From NCBI GenBank assembly GCA_051362555.1, contig CM120644.1, positions 7,324,954-7,388,953 on the forward strand: DNA of 64,000 nt, written 5' to 3'. Positions 27,601 to 40,260 of this stretch are shown piece by piece. Each line of letters starts with the position of its first letter. Positions within the stretch are counted from its first letter, which is position 1. Source of the DNA: Lingula anatina. Taxonomy: Eukaryota > Animalia > Brachiopoda. Below the pieces are notes generated by a model. The model did no database searches. It was not told where the DNA came from and was given only the letters and a program-made list of their open reading frames with translations. Position numbers and translations under genes: made by a program.

Positions 27601-28010
27601 TTTCCCATATTTAGCATGAACAATGTAAAGCGCACAGAGACAGTGACAACTACAGAATGATGCAGGTGATGGCTTTATACATGTACAGACCAGGAAAATT
27701 GAATAACTTCATCATAACTACACTGTGCCTGAACACGAAAGAAAAATAGCATTTACTTGTGACAGCATAAATGTCTGTAATTTCTGATGAAAGGTAAATG
27801 TCTTAGTACAAAATATGAGTAAGAAAAACTCAAAACCATGTTTATTGGCAATAACACAGAACATACACTCTTGATTCCATGAAAACACTGTGCTGGTGGG
27901 CAATGTCAGTCTGTGGTGCCCTCTTTTGAGGGACAATAACACTAAAACATTCCATTCAACATTCCAAATAAGATATTTACATACTGCAAGTTTGGGAAGA
28001 GAGTAAGGGG

Positions 28011-28080
<70 letters not shown>

Positions 28081-31000
28081 GGGGGGGAGGGGGGGATGGG
28101 GGGGATGGGGGGAGGGAGGGGGGGGGGAGGAGAGGAGAAACAAAAATACACTTACCTATAAAAGCTGCCAGTGCCAGGTTATTACTCAGCATCTCTTCAA
28201 AGGACAGAGAATACAATGCCTTCCCTGGAGCCAAGTACTGGAGATATTCACTGTTCTGAAGTAGAAAATAACAGAGAATACAACGCTTTTCCTGGAGCCA
28301 AGTACTGGAGATATTCACTGTTCTGAAGTAGAAAATAACAGAGAATACAAGGCTTTTCCTGGAGCCATGTACTGGAGATAGTCACTGTTCTGAAGTAGAA
28401 AATAACAGAGAATACAAGGCGTTTCCTGGAGCCAAGAATTGGAGATATTCACTGTTCTGAAGTAGAAAATAACAGAGAATACAAGGCTTTTCCTGGAGCC
28501 AAGTACTGGAGATATTCACTGTTCTGAAGTAGAAAATAACAGAGAATACAAGGCTTTTCCTGGAGCCAAGTATTGGAGATATTCACTGTTCTGAAGTAGA
28601 AAATAACAGAGAATACAACGCTTTTCCTGGAGCCAAGTACTGGAGATATTCACTGTTCTGAAGTAGAAAATAACAGAGAATACAATGCCTTTCCTGGAGC
28701 CAAGTACTGGAGATATTCACTGTTCTGAAGTAGAAAATAACAGAGAATACAATGCCTTTCCTGGAGCCAAGTACTGGAGATATTCACTGTTCTGAAGTGG
28801 AACATGACACAGAATACAAGACTGCTATTCATTGCTTTTCCACACATAAACAGCTTCACATTTAATATTTCTATAAGATAAGGCCACAGTGTATTAAGGA
28901 GTTTAAAGATATTTAAGCATGATATATCAAATACAGTAACATTATAGTATCATAACACCCTCAGCTAGATCAATCTTACTAGAAAACAGTTATTAATTTC
29001 TACATTTTCTTCAAACCTGTAACAGTATTTTATTTGACATTGTCATATTGAGAAGAGAAAAAAGAATTAATATATACCGCTCCTAGTGCGTCACCTGCAT
29101 CCACCTCGTCCAGGTCTCCTCGTAGTCGTGCTATCTGTTTGTCACATGTCACCTTCACATACTGCAGACTACTGAGCTGACGCTTGATTTCTGTGTCTGA
29201 AGACAAAGTATAACTCTCATTACATTCATGTGAATAAAAATCTACTTCTGAGACTACTGTCTGTCATCCCTAACAGAAATTTCTTATAGGGTCCTATAGG
29301 GTGTCCTATAGGAAAAAACGGCCAAAATCCTATAGGACATATGTCCTGTAAAGAATCCTATAATAGAAAGTTTGATAGAAACCCTACAAAGTCCTGTAGG
29401 ATTCCTAGTGTCCCACAGAGTCCTGTAGGATTCCTATAGAGTCCAGTAGAGTCCTTTAGGATTCCTACAGAGTCCAATAGAGTCCTGTAGGATTCCTATA
29501 GTGTCCAGTAGAGTACTGTAGGATTCCTATAGTGTCCAGTAGAGTACTGTAGGATTCCTCTAGGACATCCTTTAAGAATTTTTTGTAAGGGAAGAAAGCC
29601 TCATAGTCCATGCGATCATTTATTACTAATATCTGCATCTTTTGACATCTTTAATCTAACTTACCCTCACTGCCACCTGTGTCTTTGGCCCTATATTTAG
29701 CTATATCTAAGTCCACCTTCTCCCTGACAGCTTGAAGTTCCTCTATGGTGTCTGAAGTCTTCAGAACAGTGAGGAAAGCTTCTTTGGTCAGGGTGTCTTC
29801 TTTGCACTGAAAGCACCAGCAATCCAGCTCAAGTAAAATACATAAATTTATACCAGAATCATTTTGATTTAATCTAACCTTGGATGATCATCAAAATTTA
29901 TTAATCAATGTAATAATGATTTACATGCTCCCATGCATATGAATTATATTGGATCAATATATGGACCTAAAGCTTATATTCCTAAATATATGTCATCTGT
30001 GTGAATATTTTGCTATTTTTTGTGGATTTATACAGATGAGATATGTCAACACTTTGAAAAGACTTTTTTTGAAAAAAAAATAGTTAAAACCTCTAAACAT
30101 TTCCTTGCACAGATCTTCACATTACAAGAAACATATTTTCGGACTCCAAGGCATTCAAGCTTTGGACAACCTACTATAATTATACATATTAGAACTTTTA
30201 CACCTACCATCCACGCAATATACTGGTTAATGTAGTCTGGGTCAGACAGTAGATCTATGCTGGGAATGAACACTCCATTGACCATTACTTCCTAGAAAAT
30301 AATAAATTACTGTCAGAAACAAAAAAAATAATAATAAATAAAAAATGTGCAAATGTCACTGCTGGCACTCCTTTTTTCTAAAATAACCATCTGTGACTTG
30401 ATATTTTTGTGTCCAGGGCTTTGTCACAAATATAAAATCATAATCAATAAAAAGTAATCATTATACACAAATATAAAAATTGAAGACTTGGCAACATAAT
30501 CTGCCCAAATTAAAAGCACAAAGCAGACTCAGTGAATATGTGGAACCTGAAACAATTACTGTCACACCTAAAACAATTACAATGTCTTACTTGTCACACA
30601 ACAATATTTATTTATTCATGTTACATGTTCCTTCTGTCGTAAAAGGTACCATTTACAATGTATGTAATAACAGCCTAGGTTTAAAAAAAAAAAAAAATTA
30701 TAAACATTTATCATGGGACCCAACACCTAACCTTGACGAATCTCAGGAACCATCAGAATAGAATTTTAAAAAAACATGGAATTCCGCTTTTCCACGGAAA
30801 AAGCTCATGTCTGATAAAAAACAAACAACTCAGTGCTCAGGAGCTGTGCACTTGGTAAAATTAACAAAGACATTCAATCAGTTCCATCAATATGATTGTG
30901 ACTTTTTGAGTGATAGATATCATGTTAGAAGATTCACATACCAAAACTGGTGCAGAGTATGAAGACACCTTTAACTTACCCTACAAATGTAACGGAATGG

Positions 31001-34000
31001 CTTGTTATGATAATCTTCTGGAGGCAGCAGCAAAAATAGCAGCACTTCACTCAAATCCTGCAGGAATTCTGAAAACAGAACAAGGTCATGATAATGCCAA
31101 GAATGAAACAAATCTAAGGTCTTCCAAAGGTATAGTTGAGATAAGGGTAAAGCAAAATTAAATACACACACTCCAATGTTTGGCATGCAGACAGAACCAT
31201 TCTTGAGCAAAGAATGTTTATTAGCTTTGTAGTTGGGACATATAACAATTATTATCCCATAAGCTTACGGCCAACTCTGGGAGGGGGTGTGTGTGTCTTA
31301 GCTGCTATATACCACCTGGCAGTCAGTACAACATCTGCTCATATCAGTGCATTGAGACCAAGGCCTCCGAATGGATTGCCCATTAGTTAATGATGAAGAT
31401 AAATCCCAGCTTGTGCTAAATATGTATAACTCAGGTCACTACTACAGGAACTGTTCTAACTGTGTTCACACTGACACTTACGTATCTCACTTTCTTTTTT
31501 TAGGCATATCATGTCTCTGCATATATGTAATGAGTTACAGTCTTTTTTAACTTCATGCTTTGCCTCCTGGTCAAAGAATGCTTCCATTAGTTCCTCCTCT
31601 GTGTATTTACCTATATTTCACAAAAAAAAAAAAAAAAATTTAAAAAAAAAAAAATAAAAAATAATAATAATAATGAAATAAATAAATACTACTAATTATA
31701 ATAATGATAATTCCATTTTGTGAGATAAAGAATGATGTGCATAAAAATCAATTTAAAAATAAATTGAAGATAATAGTATCTTCAACCCAAACAGATTAAA
31801 AGACATTCAATGATCAGGAACGACTATGTATTGTTTTGGGTCCTTACCACTTCTTATTGTGTGAATTCATATTTTTATTTATTTGCATATAGTGAAGACT
31901 GCACGGGTTTTCAACAGACATGTAAACTTGGAGTGAACAGGCATAATTCCACAAAATGCATATACCAACAGATTTCTGAGTTTTATATTTTAGCAAATAT
32001 AAACAAGGTTACAATGTTATAACAAAGACAAGGATCTTAACTTGATATCTAACAATCTTCATCGAATATACCCTTGAGTTGTCTTTCTCCAGTCCCCCTA
32101 CCCTGTACCTTTCTTAACATTCTCACTGAATCTGATTCCCAAAAGATATACTTACCATCCTTGTCTTTTGCCTTCATCTTTTCTTTGGCTTTTCTAAACA
32201 TTCTAACATGAGATGTAAAGTCGTCTACAAGTCTTGTGGTCAGGTAGGGCACCCAGTCAATCTCTTTGGTCCTAAAGATCAATTATTTCCTAGGTCAGTT
32301 CAAATAGTAAGGAAAAACATGGTGGAACATTGTGGAATCCTTGTACTCTGCATCAATATAACTATCAAAAAATATATTTCATAAAATTATCAACATTGTT
32401 TTATCGAAAAATAATTAGACGTTGAATCAAATGTGTTTCCATCAATGTTTTTAGAATAAGTAGCTTACCTGCTTGAAAAAGCTATGACAACTTTTTGTAT
32501 GGTTTGCCTCATGTCGTACTTAAATCCCTCGTGGTCACTGAGTCGCTGGTACCAGACATGGATATAGTCACGAAATGTGTACTCTAGTACCTGAGAGATA
32601 GCAAAGAAACAGCACAGCATAACATTAATATAATAAAATTATGACCAAAGAGGGGAAGGGACCCTTAATATTGACACTGGAAAGTATTATAAGAAAAAAT
32701 GGTTATCTTCTTTAGAATGCAGTTTTTATATTTTTTGACCAAGTACTTCAGCCCACTTCACAAAAAAAATAAATAAATAAATAAAAATAAATAAATAAAA
32801 AAAAAATTAGACCCAAACTTTAGTCAAATTTGACCCAAGATAAATCAGCCAAATTAGGTTACATACAATAATTGCACCTGCTTTATAACAAATATGTTAT
32901 TCTATTTCGGTGGAATATACCACATTATACCCAGTAATTTCTCCTGGAAAGAAGTATACTAAAATTTTGTTTCTAAACTTAAAAGCAACTTTTGGGTTGA
33001 ACTTCTATTGTGAAGTAGTCATCTACAGGATTCTAACTCTGATCAGTTCACCTCCTGCAGTGCTTCATCTATGACATTGGATCCTGTGAGACGCTTGTCA
33101 ACTTTTGGGACTGGCTTAATAGTGGTCACCTCCTTCACCAACTGGAAGACAAAGGGGATTGTTTAAAATGATTTAGAAACATAACACTGCCCATTTCAAA
33201 AAGGGAAAATCCATGTCATTCCCTTTTATTATAAGAGTATTACACATTCTTGTTTCAATTTTTACCTTGGGTATTCCTCTTCTAGGATATCCAAAACTTG
33301 GCTGGCCATATTCCAACATGACAATGGACTGCTTCCTGCCAATGTAGTATGCTATGGTCAAACAACTGAAAATAATAATAATAAAATCTTAAGAATATAA
33401 TTTACACACCTATTTCTCACTAGTATTAGTATTGTTGTAGAGTACAAGTATTCATACACATACTATATATTGTAGGATATTGATGCTTGTGTTAATAACA
33501 GGTGCACTACAGACCAAGATGTGTATGCATGTGTTACATCAGAACCACACTACCAGTTTTCAAGGTGTGCCTCAGTACGCGTTTCACAGTATCATATCCA
33601 GGAACAAATTTTGAGATGAGATGCACTACTTTCCAACCCCGCTTAGAATCATCGCTAGAGCAAGAGCTGTGTCGGGTCTGATACTTTCGAAGTGCCCACT
33701 GACGGACAACTTGAAAACTGGTAGTGTGGTCTGATCTACTGGTGAATTCAGGATCATTCGGTGCCAAGTCTGGTAATTGGGTAGACCTGAAGGTGCTCCA
33801 ATAAACGTTAACTGGACATCCACGAAAGTGCTCAGACACTGAACAGCCAACAATCCTTTTCATCACCTTATCTTAAACCACTGCTTACCCTGCAACAAAT
33901 GCCAGCACATACAATATCACACATATTCCTCCAGTCAGACCAAAGGTAGTAAAATACAGAGTCCCTCCTAGCACTGCCCAGCCCCACACACTGCTGGTCA

Positions 34001-34061
34001 TGCCACTGGGTATGGGGGTTGGAGCTGCAGGTGGCTTTTCTGTAGAGACTGGGGAAGACAT
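12452..34061 (-). CDS. SNX13: Sorting nexin 13 (RGS-PX1 type; N-terminal TM, PXA, RGS, PX, PXC/Nexin_C), 22 coding exons, ~989 aa
   Basis: Exons read by hand, all GT-AG with consistent phases: 34061-33889, 33365-33266, 33141-33052, 32590-32469, 32271-32156, 31610-31482, 31068-30980, 30291-30208, 29806-29665, 29196-29078, 28255-28156, 23183-22990, 22633-22529, 22030-21695, 21083-20979, 17406-17296, 15782-15633, 15252-15193, 14621-14470, 14220-14152, 13490-13378, 12762-12452 (sum 2970 nt). Motifs match SNX13: VWGWAVLG..TFG, VDKRLTGSNVIDEALQE, RDYIHVWY, IDWVPYLTTRLVDDFTSH, FLQDLSEVLLFLLLPPED, LSDPDYINQYI, PX YRRYSDFHDLH/FPSKK, DNIPLRIMLLLMDEVFDLK.KNQWLRR, DSFWPSGILAE, GSETTRKGVFRVFEMFQ..LNRRLLY. 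Confidence 0.93.
14890..15070. repeat. Short ~19-20-bp minisatellite (tgtcacacctaacacat) in an SNX13 intron
   Basis: Directly visible degenerate tandem units. Confidence 0.8.
16020..17215. repeat. C/T-rich ~70-bp minisatellite in an SNX13 intron
   Basis: Unit cactctacctctaccccctccctacctctcctctccctccacctcctcatcaccctcctccaccccctcc, roughly 17 copies, almost no G on the plus strand. Confidence 0.95.
19539..19796. mobile_element. Fully palindromic MITE, PIF/Harbinger (Tourist)-like
   Basis: ggcttcgttcacat...atgtgaatgaagcc with arms pairing almost to the centre; TTA at 19536-38 and 19797-99. Confidence 0.85.
21192..21358. mobile_element. hAT-like MITE with 5-bp TSD
   Basis: caggggcg...cgcccctg flanked by AATCA on both sides. 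Confidence 0.8.
22590..22812 (-). repeat. Three diverged 75-80-bp copies of the acceptor and first codons of SNX13 exon 22633-22529
   Basis: ttcag|gccacccagagaa repeated, with exon starts at 22633, 22708 and 22788. Confidence 0.9.
23240..23554. mobile_element. MITE with ~85-bp TIRs and 5-bp TSD (hAT5-like)
   Basis: caggcctacccaactaccagactcggcaccg...cggtgccgagtctggtagttgggtaggcctg; AACTT on both flanks. Partial relative at ~33540-33789. Confidence 0.88.
23963..24352. mobile_element. Two adjacent internally deleted copies of the palindromic Harbinger-like MITE family of 19539
   Basis: gggaccattcacatg / gggaccgttcacatgg termini, TAA flanks, shared core gatcacggtctgtgccctgaatatccc. Confidence 0.8.
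25617..26508 (+). mobile_element. Helentron-associated (HINE-like) element
   Basis: aaacaaggcagcaaagctgtcaaatgtacagac start, ~120-bp internal repeats, (cggcat)n microsatellite, terminal palindrome atgtacagacacatctgtgtctgtacat. Confidence 0.7.
28013..28135. repeat. (TG)n microsatellite followed by a poly-G tract
   Basis: Directly visible, just inside the intron downstream of SNX13 exon 28255-28156. Confidence 0.95.
28204..28820 (-). repeat. Nine 67-bp tandem units, each containing the 3' splice site and first ~50 nt of SNX13 exon 28255-28156
   Basis: ctgttctgaa ends at 28260, 28327, 28394, 28461, 28528, 28595, 28662, 28729 and 28796 (period 67). Confidence 0.95.
29268..29591. mobile_element. 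CACTA/EnSpm-like non-autonomous element with internal ~29-bp repeats
   Basis: ccctaaca...tgtaaggg termini; repeated agagtcctgtaggattcctat. Confidence 0.5.
33540..33789. mobile_element. Truncated relative of the 23240-23554 MITE
   Basis: Shares gtagtgtggtctgatctactggtgaattcaggatcattcggtgcc...gggtagacctg. Confidence 0.75.
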
Positions 34062-34621
34062 GGCTGAAAATTGAAATGAAAAGGCACAAGTTTGCTTTGA
34101 TACTGAGATAAAATGAGATGTTAAGAAATTATGAAATATTTAACCATTTGGCTTGATACTGAGATACTTGATACTGAGATACTTGATACTGAGATACTTG
34201 ATACTGAGACATATTAAGATATTCATATTGCGATATGAAATTGTACAAAAATCAATCTAATATTTCACTTGAATTTTCGTGGCCATTCCTCTAGGTTCCT
34301 GCATCGTTGTCCTGACCTATCCTTACTTCCTTTGGCAAATTAAAATATTGCCCACATCATTACCCCCCCCCCCCCACCGCAAAGTACTCCCCCGCAGCGT
34401 CGCTCCCCCTCCTCGTTTTCATTTAAAAACGATTTAAAATTCTGTCACTTGTGAGTTCCAGTGTTTCACATGTTCCATTTCATTTTCACCAGTGGGACTA
34501 AACGACTGTATGTAAATTCGTCTCTTGAGGCGTTACCGGTACTACACTTAAAATATTAGCTTCAAAATCTTATGTTTTATTTGGCCTTTACGCAGACTTC
34601 AAGAAACCTACCAAAATTTAC

Positions 34622-35047
34622 CTCAACTTGGGGGAAACAATGCAACCTGGTGTTTTGTCTCTGCTGCTGTCATGAATATTTTTCCGCATCGGCCATGTTT
34701 GTCAACAACCAAGAAAAGCTAAACACGCTAATTAAGTCAAAATTATTTGTCTAACTGATGTTAAGTAACAAAAAATCCACACTATGTTGTTCGTGTATAT
34801 TTTTGAACTTTAAAGAGTATTCTTTAGTGACAATTATAACTCTACATATTTAGACGTCGAGTTTGTCGTATCTTGACGACTAACATTTTTGTGGCGGCGG
34901 AACAAATGCAAACACAAGCACGAGTTCGACATGGTGAACATAAATGTTGATTGTGTACATTAAGACAGAATAACAACGTAAAATAGCAGACCATGACATC
35001 GAATAAAGAAAGAATTCGCCTTTCCTGTGATACAATATTCAGTTTGG
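34622..35047. promoter_or_regulatory. Putative bidirectional promoter region with a candidate non-coding SNX13 exon 1 (minus, donor after 34622) and a candidate plus-strand first exon (donor after 35047)
   Basis: CpG-richer than the surrounding introns; minus-strand AAACATGGCCG (YY1-like) and gag|GTAAAT donor; plus-strand tgg|GTGAGT donor. No transcript evidence. Confidence 0.4.
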
Positions 35048-35109
35048 GTGAGTTTTATATCAGCGTGTAGCCTTTTGGGGTGAGAAAAAGGCCATCCGCC
35101 GAAGCCATG

Positions 35110-35516
35110 TGAAGTGAACCCGAGTGGCTAAAGTCACTTATTTTTGTGATAACTACAGTCTAACTAGCAGTGATACACATAAAGGCGGCTGTCACGCCCT
35201 GATCAGGGGCGTAGACCGCTTACCTTATATTCCACTTATAGGAATCCTGGTACGTCCTCACAACCGCTCCATGATCAATATCCACTATGGCACTATTGCT
35301 GAATGTCAGCTATAGTGGTATAATTAAGTAGGTATGGTATTGGTCAAGGAATGCTCGCAGATTGTGGATTTGACGCCCAAGGTGTGTTCTGTCCGGTGTC
35401 TCGTAGTCGAGAGCTTCTCATTTCATATCACGCGCTTCTTCTGCGTGTGCTGACACCTGGATGGCGCTTCTTCAAGACAGTCCACAACCGTAATATACTG
35501 GTTCACAATCACAACA
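35110..35516 (-). repeat. 3' LTR
   Basis: No differences from 42827-43233 found by eye; preceded on the minus strand by the PPT-like GGGGGGGAA (35525-35517). Confidence 0.95.
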
Positions 35517-36859
35517 TTCCCCCCCATTTTATAATAATTTTTTAAAAAAAGGACCATCCCAATTTTGCCTATTTTCTAAAAAGGGAATACATACGTTTAA
35601 AAATTGAAGGACCAGCCTTGAAATGCTTGAACTTATAAAAATTCTAATTTAAAAGATTATTATAAAAAGATTCCCCAAATTCCTTTTAAAACAATATCCC
35701 CGAATTCCTTTTAAAAACAATAGGACCAGCCTATTAAATGTTTAAACTAATGGGACCAGCCCATTAATTTAAATGTTATAGTCTTTGGGGATATATAATA
35801 AAATGGTCTCTGGTTTAACTCTGTATGTTTTTGGAGAGAGTCAATTTAGAATTTAACTACAATCTCCAAACAGAGTATCAACCAGATTTCGGATCATCAC
35901 CTTTGGCTGAATAAATGAAAATAAATGGCATTTTTTATTTATTCACCACAGTTATCTTGCATTTCTTACCAATTCTCAGTCAAGGGAACCTCTCCATGGG
36001 CATACTGGACTAGATCCCCTGTATCAGGACTTATACCTAATTCATCCAATTCGGAGAATACCCAGATTTTGATTTATGCAAAGGAAAAGTGCAATTGTGC
36101 AATAAACATATAAATAAAATATATATATTACATATACACAAATATATACATATATACATACATACATATATACATTTTTTTATGCAGGTATTCATCCAAA
36201 TTGTAAATGAAACTGAGCAAAATTTGGAAAATGCTAACTTATTTTGGTGATTCTCCCTCTGAGGCATTGAACTGTTAGAACTACCAAATGAAGTATTCCT
36301 CACCAGAACTACCAGAATTCAGATGTTAGCAATCTTTTCTGATTGTAAGTCTACTCTCCCCAAACAGGTAGCATTTAGATTGGTGAGTAAACCTCACTAT
36401 GTTCAGTAGTTCTTGGGGGTTGATACTGTACCAATTGCAGGTATGGCCAACTCTGATGGTTCAGCCAAAACCCTTTCAATATGACAATTGCACCCTCACA
36501 GTCCAAGTCTCAGATAAAAAGTTACTTCCCGGTCAAATGATGTGTATACAGAGGTTGAGAGATTTTATAAAAAAATAAGATAAGGGATTTCCTCCCCAAA
36601 AACAAAAAAAAAGAAATTTTTTATAGAAAGTTATTTTGCTACTTTTTAAATTTTAAATGATTTGTTTACTGATAAACTTCAGTTTTCATTTCAAACTGTT
36701 TTTAAGTCTACATTTCTTAAATATTTGATGTGCAATATATTTTTAATATGCACAAACACACAAAAATTTACAAATAAAGACTTACACATTTACTGCAAAA
36801 CTTAAACCTTTATACTGTACCGGAAGAAATAAACTTTATAAATAAATATTTATTGTATT

Positions 36860-37300
36860 TTGTGTATCTCTCTAAAACCTCCTTCAGATCAGAGACATGA
36901 TAAGTGAAATAAGACTTTCCTTTGACCAGAATATCATCTAGATATGCAAATTCTGTCTTCCATATGGAACCCCTCTGGAACAGACTTACAAATCTAGAGA
37001 TAATGGGGTATTAGTGAGCCCTTAACCCCTTTTCTAGTCCTTGTTTTGCCACAAAAGCAGTTATTAACTGGTTTCCTATTGACCTCTACTGTCTAAAAAC
37101 AGAATTGCCGTCAATTTTAGAAACTCAAGTTTTCCTACTAATGTATTTAGGCAGTCTTCCATAAGGGGAAGAGGAAATGTCATTCACCATCACATAATTA
37201 AATAGTACACGATGATAATAACACCACCACGCACTACTGTCACATTTTCTGATCAAAAATAAAGCCGAATCCCAATTAGATGTTGACTTTTACTGCACCA
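36860..37300 (-). pseudogene. Decayed Gypsy reverse transcriptase remnant
   Basis: Across frameshifts: STSNWDSALFLIRKCDSSAWWC, FPLPLMEDCLNTL, SKIDGNS, TAF...GL, AYLDDILV (YLDD at 36944-36933). Confidence 0.85.
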
Positions 37301-40260
37301 ACCTTTGAGCCCTTGCACTATTTTGTTGTTGTTATTATTTTTATTTAAATTATTGTGTGAATAAAATGGGCTACTTTTCAATTATTTTTTAAATTATTGT
37401 CTAATAAAATAGGCTGGTATGTGACACGAGTTGTTTTAATTGTGTCACTAAATATATATATAAAAAGTTTTGAGTTTTCAACATCCAATTGAGCCAACTT
37501 TATTTGAATCATATTGACCATTGGGAATGGGAATGAATCGGGTAATTTGGTATACACAATCCATGGGACAGACTCTCAAATGCATGAGACTTATACCCAT
37601 ATTTTTGGTGTGTAACCTTCACAATCGGGTAATATTAGCATCAAGTCAGTCCTCCTGAGATAGAGTACATGTATAGGGTATTCACACTGACACATACCCC
37701 AACAGGAACAACTGGTTATGCTAGTTGGTATAAATCGGGTTGGATCAGAATAATTGAATCAGAGTCAGTCGCATTGATCAGATGCGAGAGAAGTCTCATC
37801 AAATATCTGAATCCTATCACATGGTTGTCACTGTTTGGGAATGGGCTGGCCAAATATGTGGAAAAGACAGTAGGATCTCTTTAGGTTATGTCACTGGTAC
37901 ATTTACCTTAATCTACTAACTGTTCTCCACTTAAGGTCTAGATGAGATGGTACATCAGGGAAATTTAGCCCATATTTTAGGAGTAATGCTGCTATGCTTA
38001 CATATACCCCTTAGGCCAAATAATTCCTTCCAAAGAGCACACATCTTTTGTAATGGCCAGTATAGAATTTACAGAAACAGAACCTCTGAGACAGATCTCA
38101 AATAATTTTAAACTGAATTCTACCCCTTTATGTTATACAATGCTATGACCAAAATTTATTTAATTCCAAACTGGAAGTACTGTACTTATGCATTTTCTTT
38201 ATTTATTTTGGAGACAATTAACATGCCAGCTGGTGAAACTACAAAGCCAATGGTTTTTATTACAAAAACTACATTTGACTTTTACATTATATTTTGGTAG
38301 AAGTTTTATCAAATATCAACTTTAAACCAAACTGAAATCAAAATTACCTATATAAATTATTACCCTTTCTCAAAAATTGTCAAATGTAAAAATAGATGAA
38401 AAATGAAAACATCACACTTGTGGCCAACCAGCTGTGGTGTGGTTAATTGTTTAGAAATCCATTTATTATACTGATTCTATTATACGGATAGGGTTATAGA
38501 AAGAATTAATATATTTGTTCCTTGCTTGACTTGGGTAAAGTAAAAGTAACCAAAGCAAAGCAAAACAATGCCTGACAAATCACAGGCTACATGTAACTAA
38601 GAGCCTCCTTACTTGAAAAAACTAAGAGATACAAAACAGGAAATTACAAATACAGAGTTAGAGGACAAAGAAAAAGATACAGACCAAATACAAATTATGA
38701 AAGATTTTGGTCTAATAAAAGCAGGAAAAGGAAAGGAAAAGAAAGAAGAAAAGAAAAGGAAAGGTGAAATTCAGAAATGATGATGATAAGGAAGAGAATA
38801 TTAATGACATGATTTCTTAATATGACATGGAAAATAGATAAAGATATGATTAACGAGATTCTGTTCAGGTTCTGCTCTGAGAGATGACTGCTCTTGTCTA
38901 CGGTCTTTGTTCAGTGATGTTAACTCTCCCTTTTTATTAACTCACAGCATCTACAGCCAAGCCTAGACACATTCAGCCACTGCCACACAAGAGGATAGGT
39001 TGTCCCCATTTCCTCCCTCCACCAAATTCAAATGGACAAGCTGTATTATATTATTATTTCTCCCCTCCTTCTCTGACCAGCAGAGTTGTTAGAGAGATTT
39101 TAATTTTTAAGCTTTTGCCCACAAGAACCAGCAGAGTTCGGAACATTTGATAGGACAGCCCCCAACGAAGCATCCGATAGCTGATATAACCAGTAAGGAA
39201 CCCTCCGTTGGACCACCATGAGACTAGCTTCATATGCCCAGCACCGGACCGAGGAACATCTGTGATTAAAAGATCATTGTTAACCATCATTACTTCCCAA
39301 AGACAATGCAAATTGGTTTTTATCTTACTGGCCAACTACTATGAACAGGGTTTACAAGGATGCAGTTGCTTACCCTGGCCCAGTCAGTTTAATTATTCCC
39401 AACGTTGCCTCTAGGACTTGTTGGAAAAACTGACATTGTTCATAGCATCCTCTATTGATGTAGAATGAGACAAACGCGCATATTTTCCCCATCTCCCGAT
39501 CCAAACACCCCTAACAGAATTTTGTAATACATTCCTTTAAGGTGAATGATTCAGGTAGATCTAGGAACACGTCTGTGGCCAGTAAGAAAACCTAGCATGT
39601 CCACTCATTTAAAGATTAGTTTGGGGATTTTTACTGCTTGATAGAACTTTGTATGTGAAATTTCTGGGAAAATTTCCCCTTTGAAACAGTGTTGAGCTCA
39701 CTGATCAAGGCAGTAAAAAAGAATTGGAGCACAGTGATTTGGTGTATAAGTTAATGATGTTACACCTTAAGCTCCAATGTATATACTGGTAATCTTTGCA
39801 CTAATTTTTCCATCCACCCATTTACCTCCCTGTAGCTTTGGAACAATCATCTAAAGTCTTCTCAGTCCTCCTAATTTTTAAAGGATTTTAAGATCTAAAG
39901 AACTTCCCCTTTTTTTATATATATATACATGGGGATGTGTAACCTCGGCTTGGGGAAAGGTGGAGGTTTTCACTGACTTTGGATAGCCCTGTATATTTTG
40001 AGAACTTTCTTCATCCTTAGGCAAATAAGATGGTTTAATTTTTATTGCCCTTTCTGACTCAATAACGTTTAAGAGTAGGAAAAGTGGATGAGAATTCTCA
40101 ACAGGATTTTCTTCAGTCAGAGCTGCTGTACCCAATGGTTTTGAGAATCCACTAATAGTTGGATGGGGGACACTGGGCACATCACCTGGAGCAGGTTTAT
40201 TCCCCCACCAGGTTCAGCACCCTGTGTATTACGGAAATGGGTTTGGGTTTAAAGATTTTT

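Noticed and set aside
27718-28318. HTHT/PPPP/CVCV ORFs
   Set aside because: Microsatellite and poly-G translations; only 28255-28156 is a real exon.
28204-28820. Regular repeat array superficially like a CRISPR
   Set aside because: Head-to-tail 67-bp units with no unique spacers, derived from a host exon; eukaryotic context and no cas genes.
35124-35545. Duplicated short ORFs (also 42841-43253)
   Set aside because: Incidental frames with non-ATG or weak starts inside the two LTRs.
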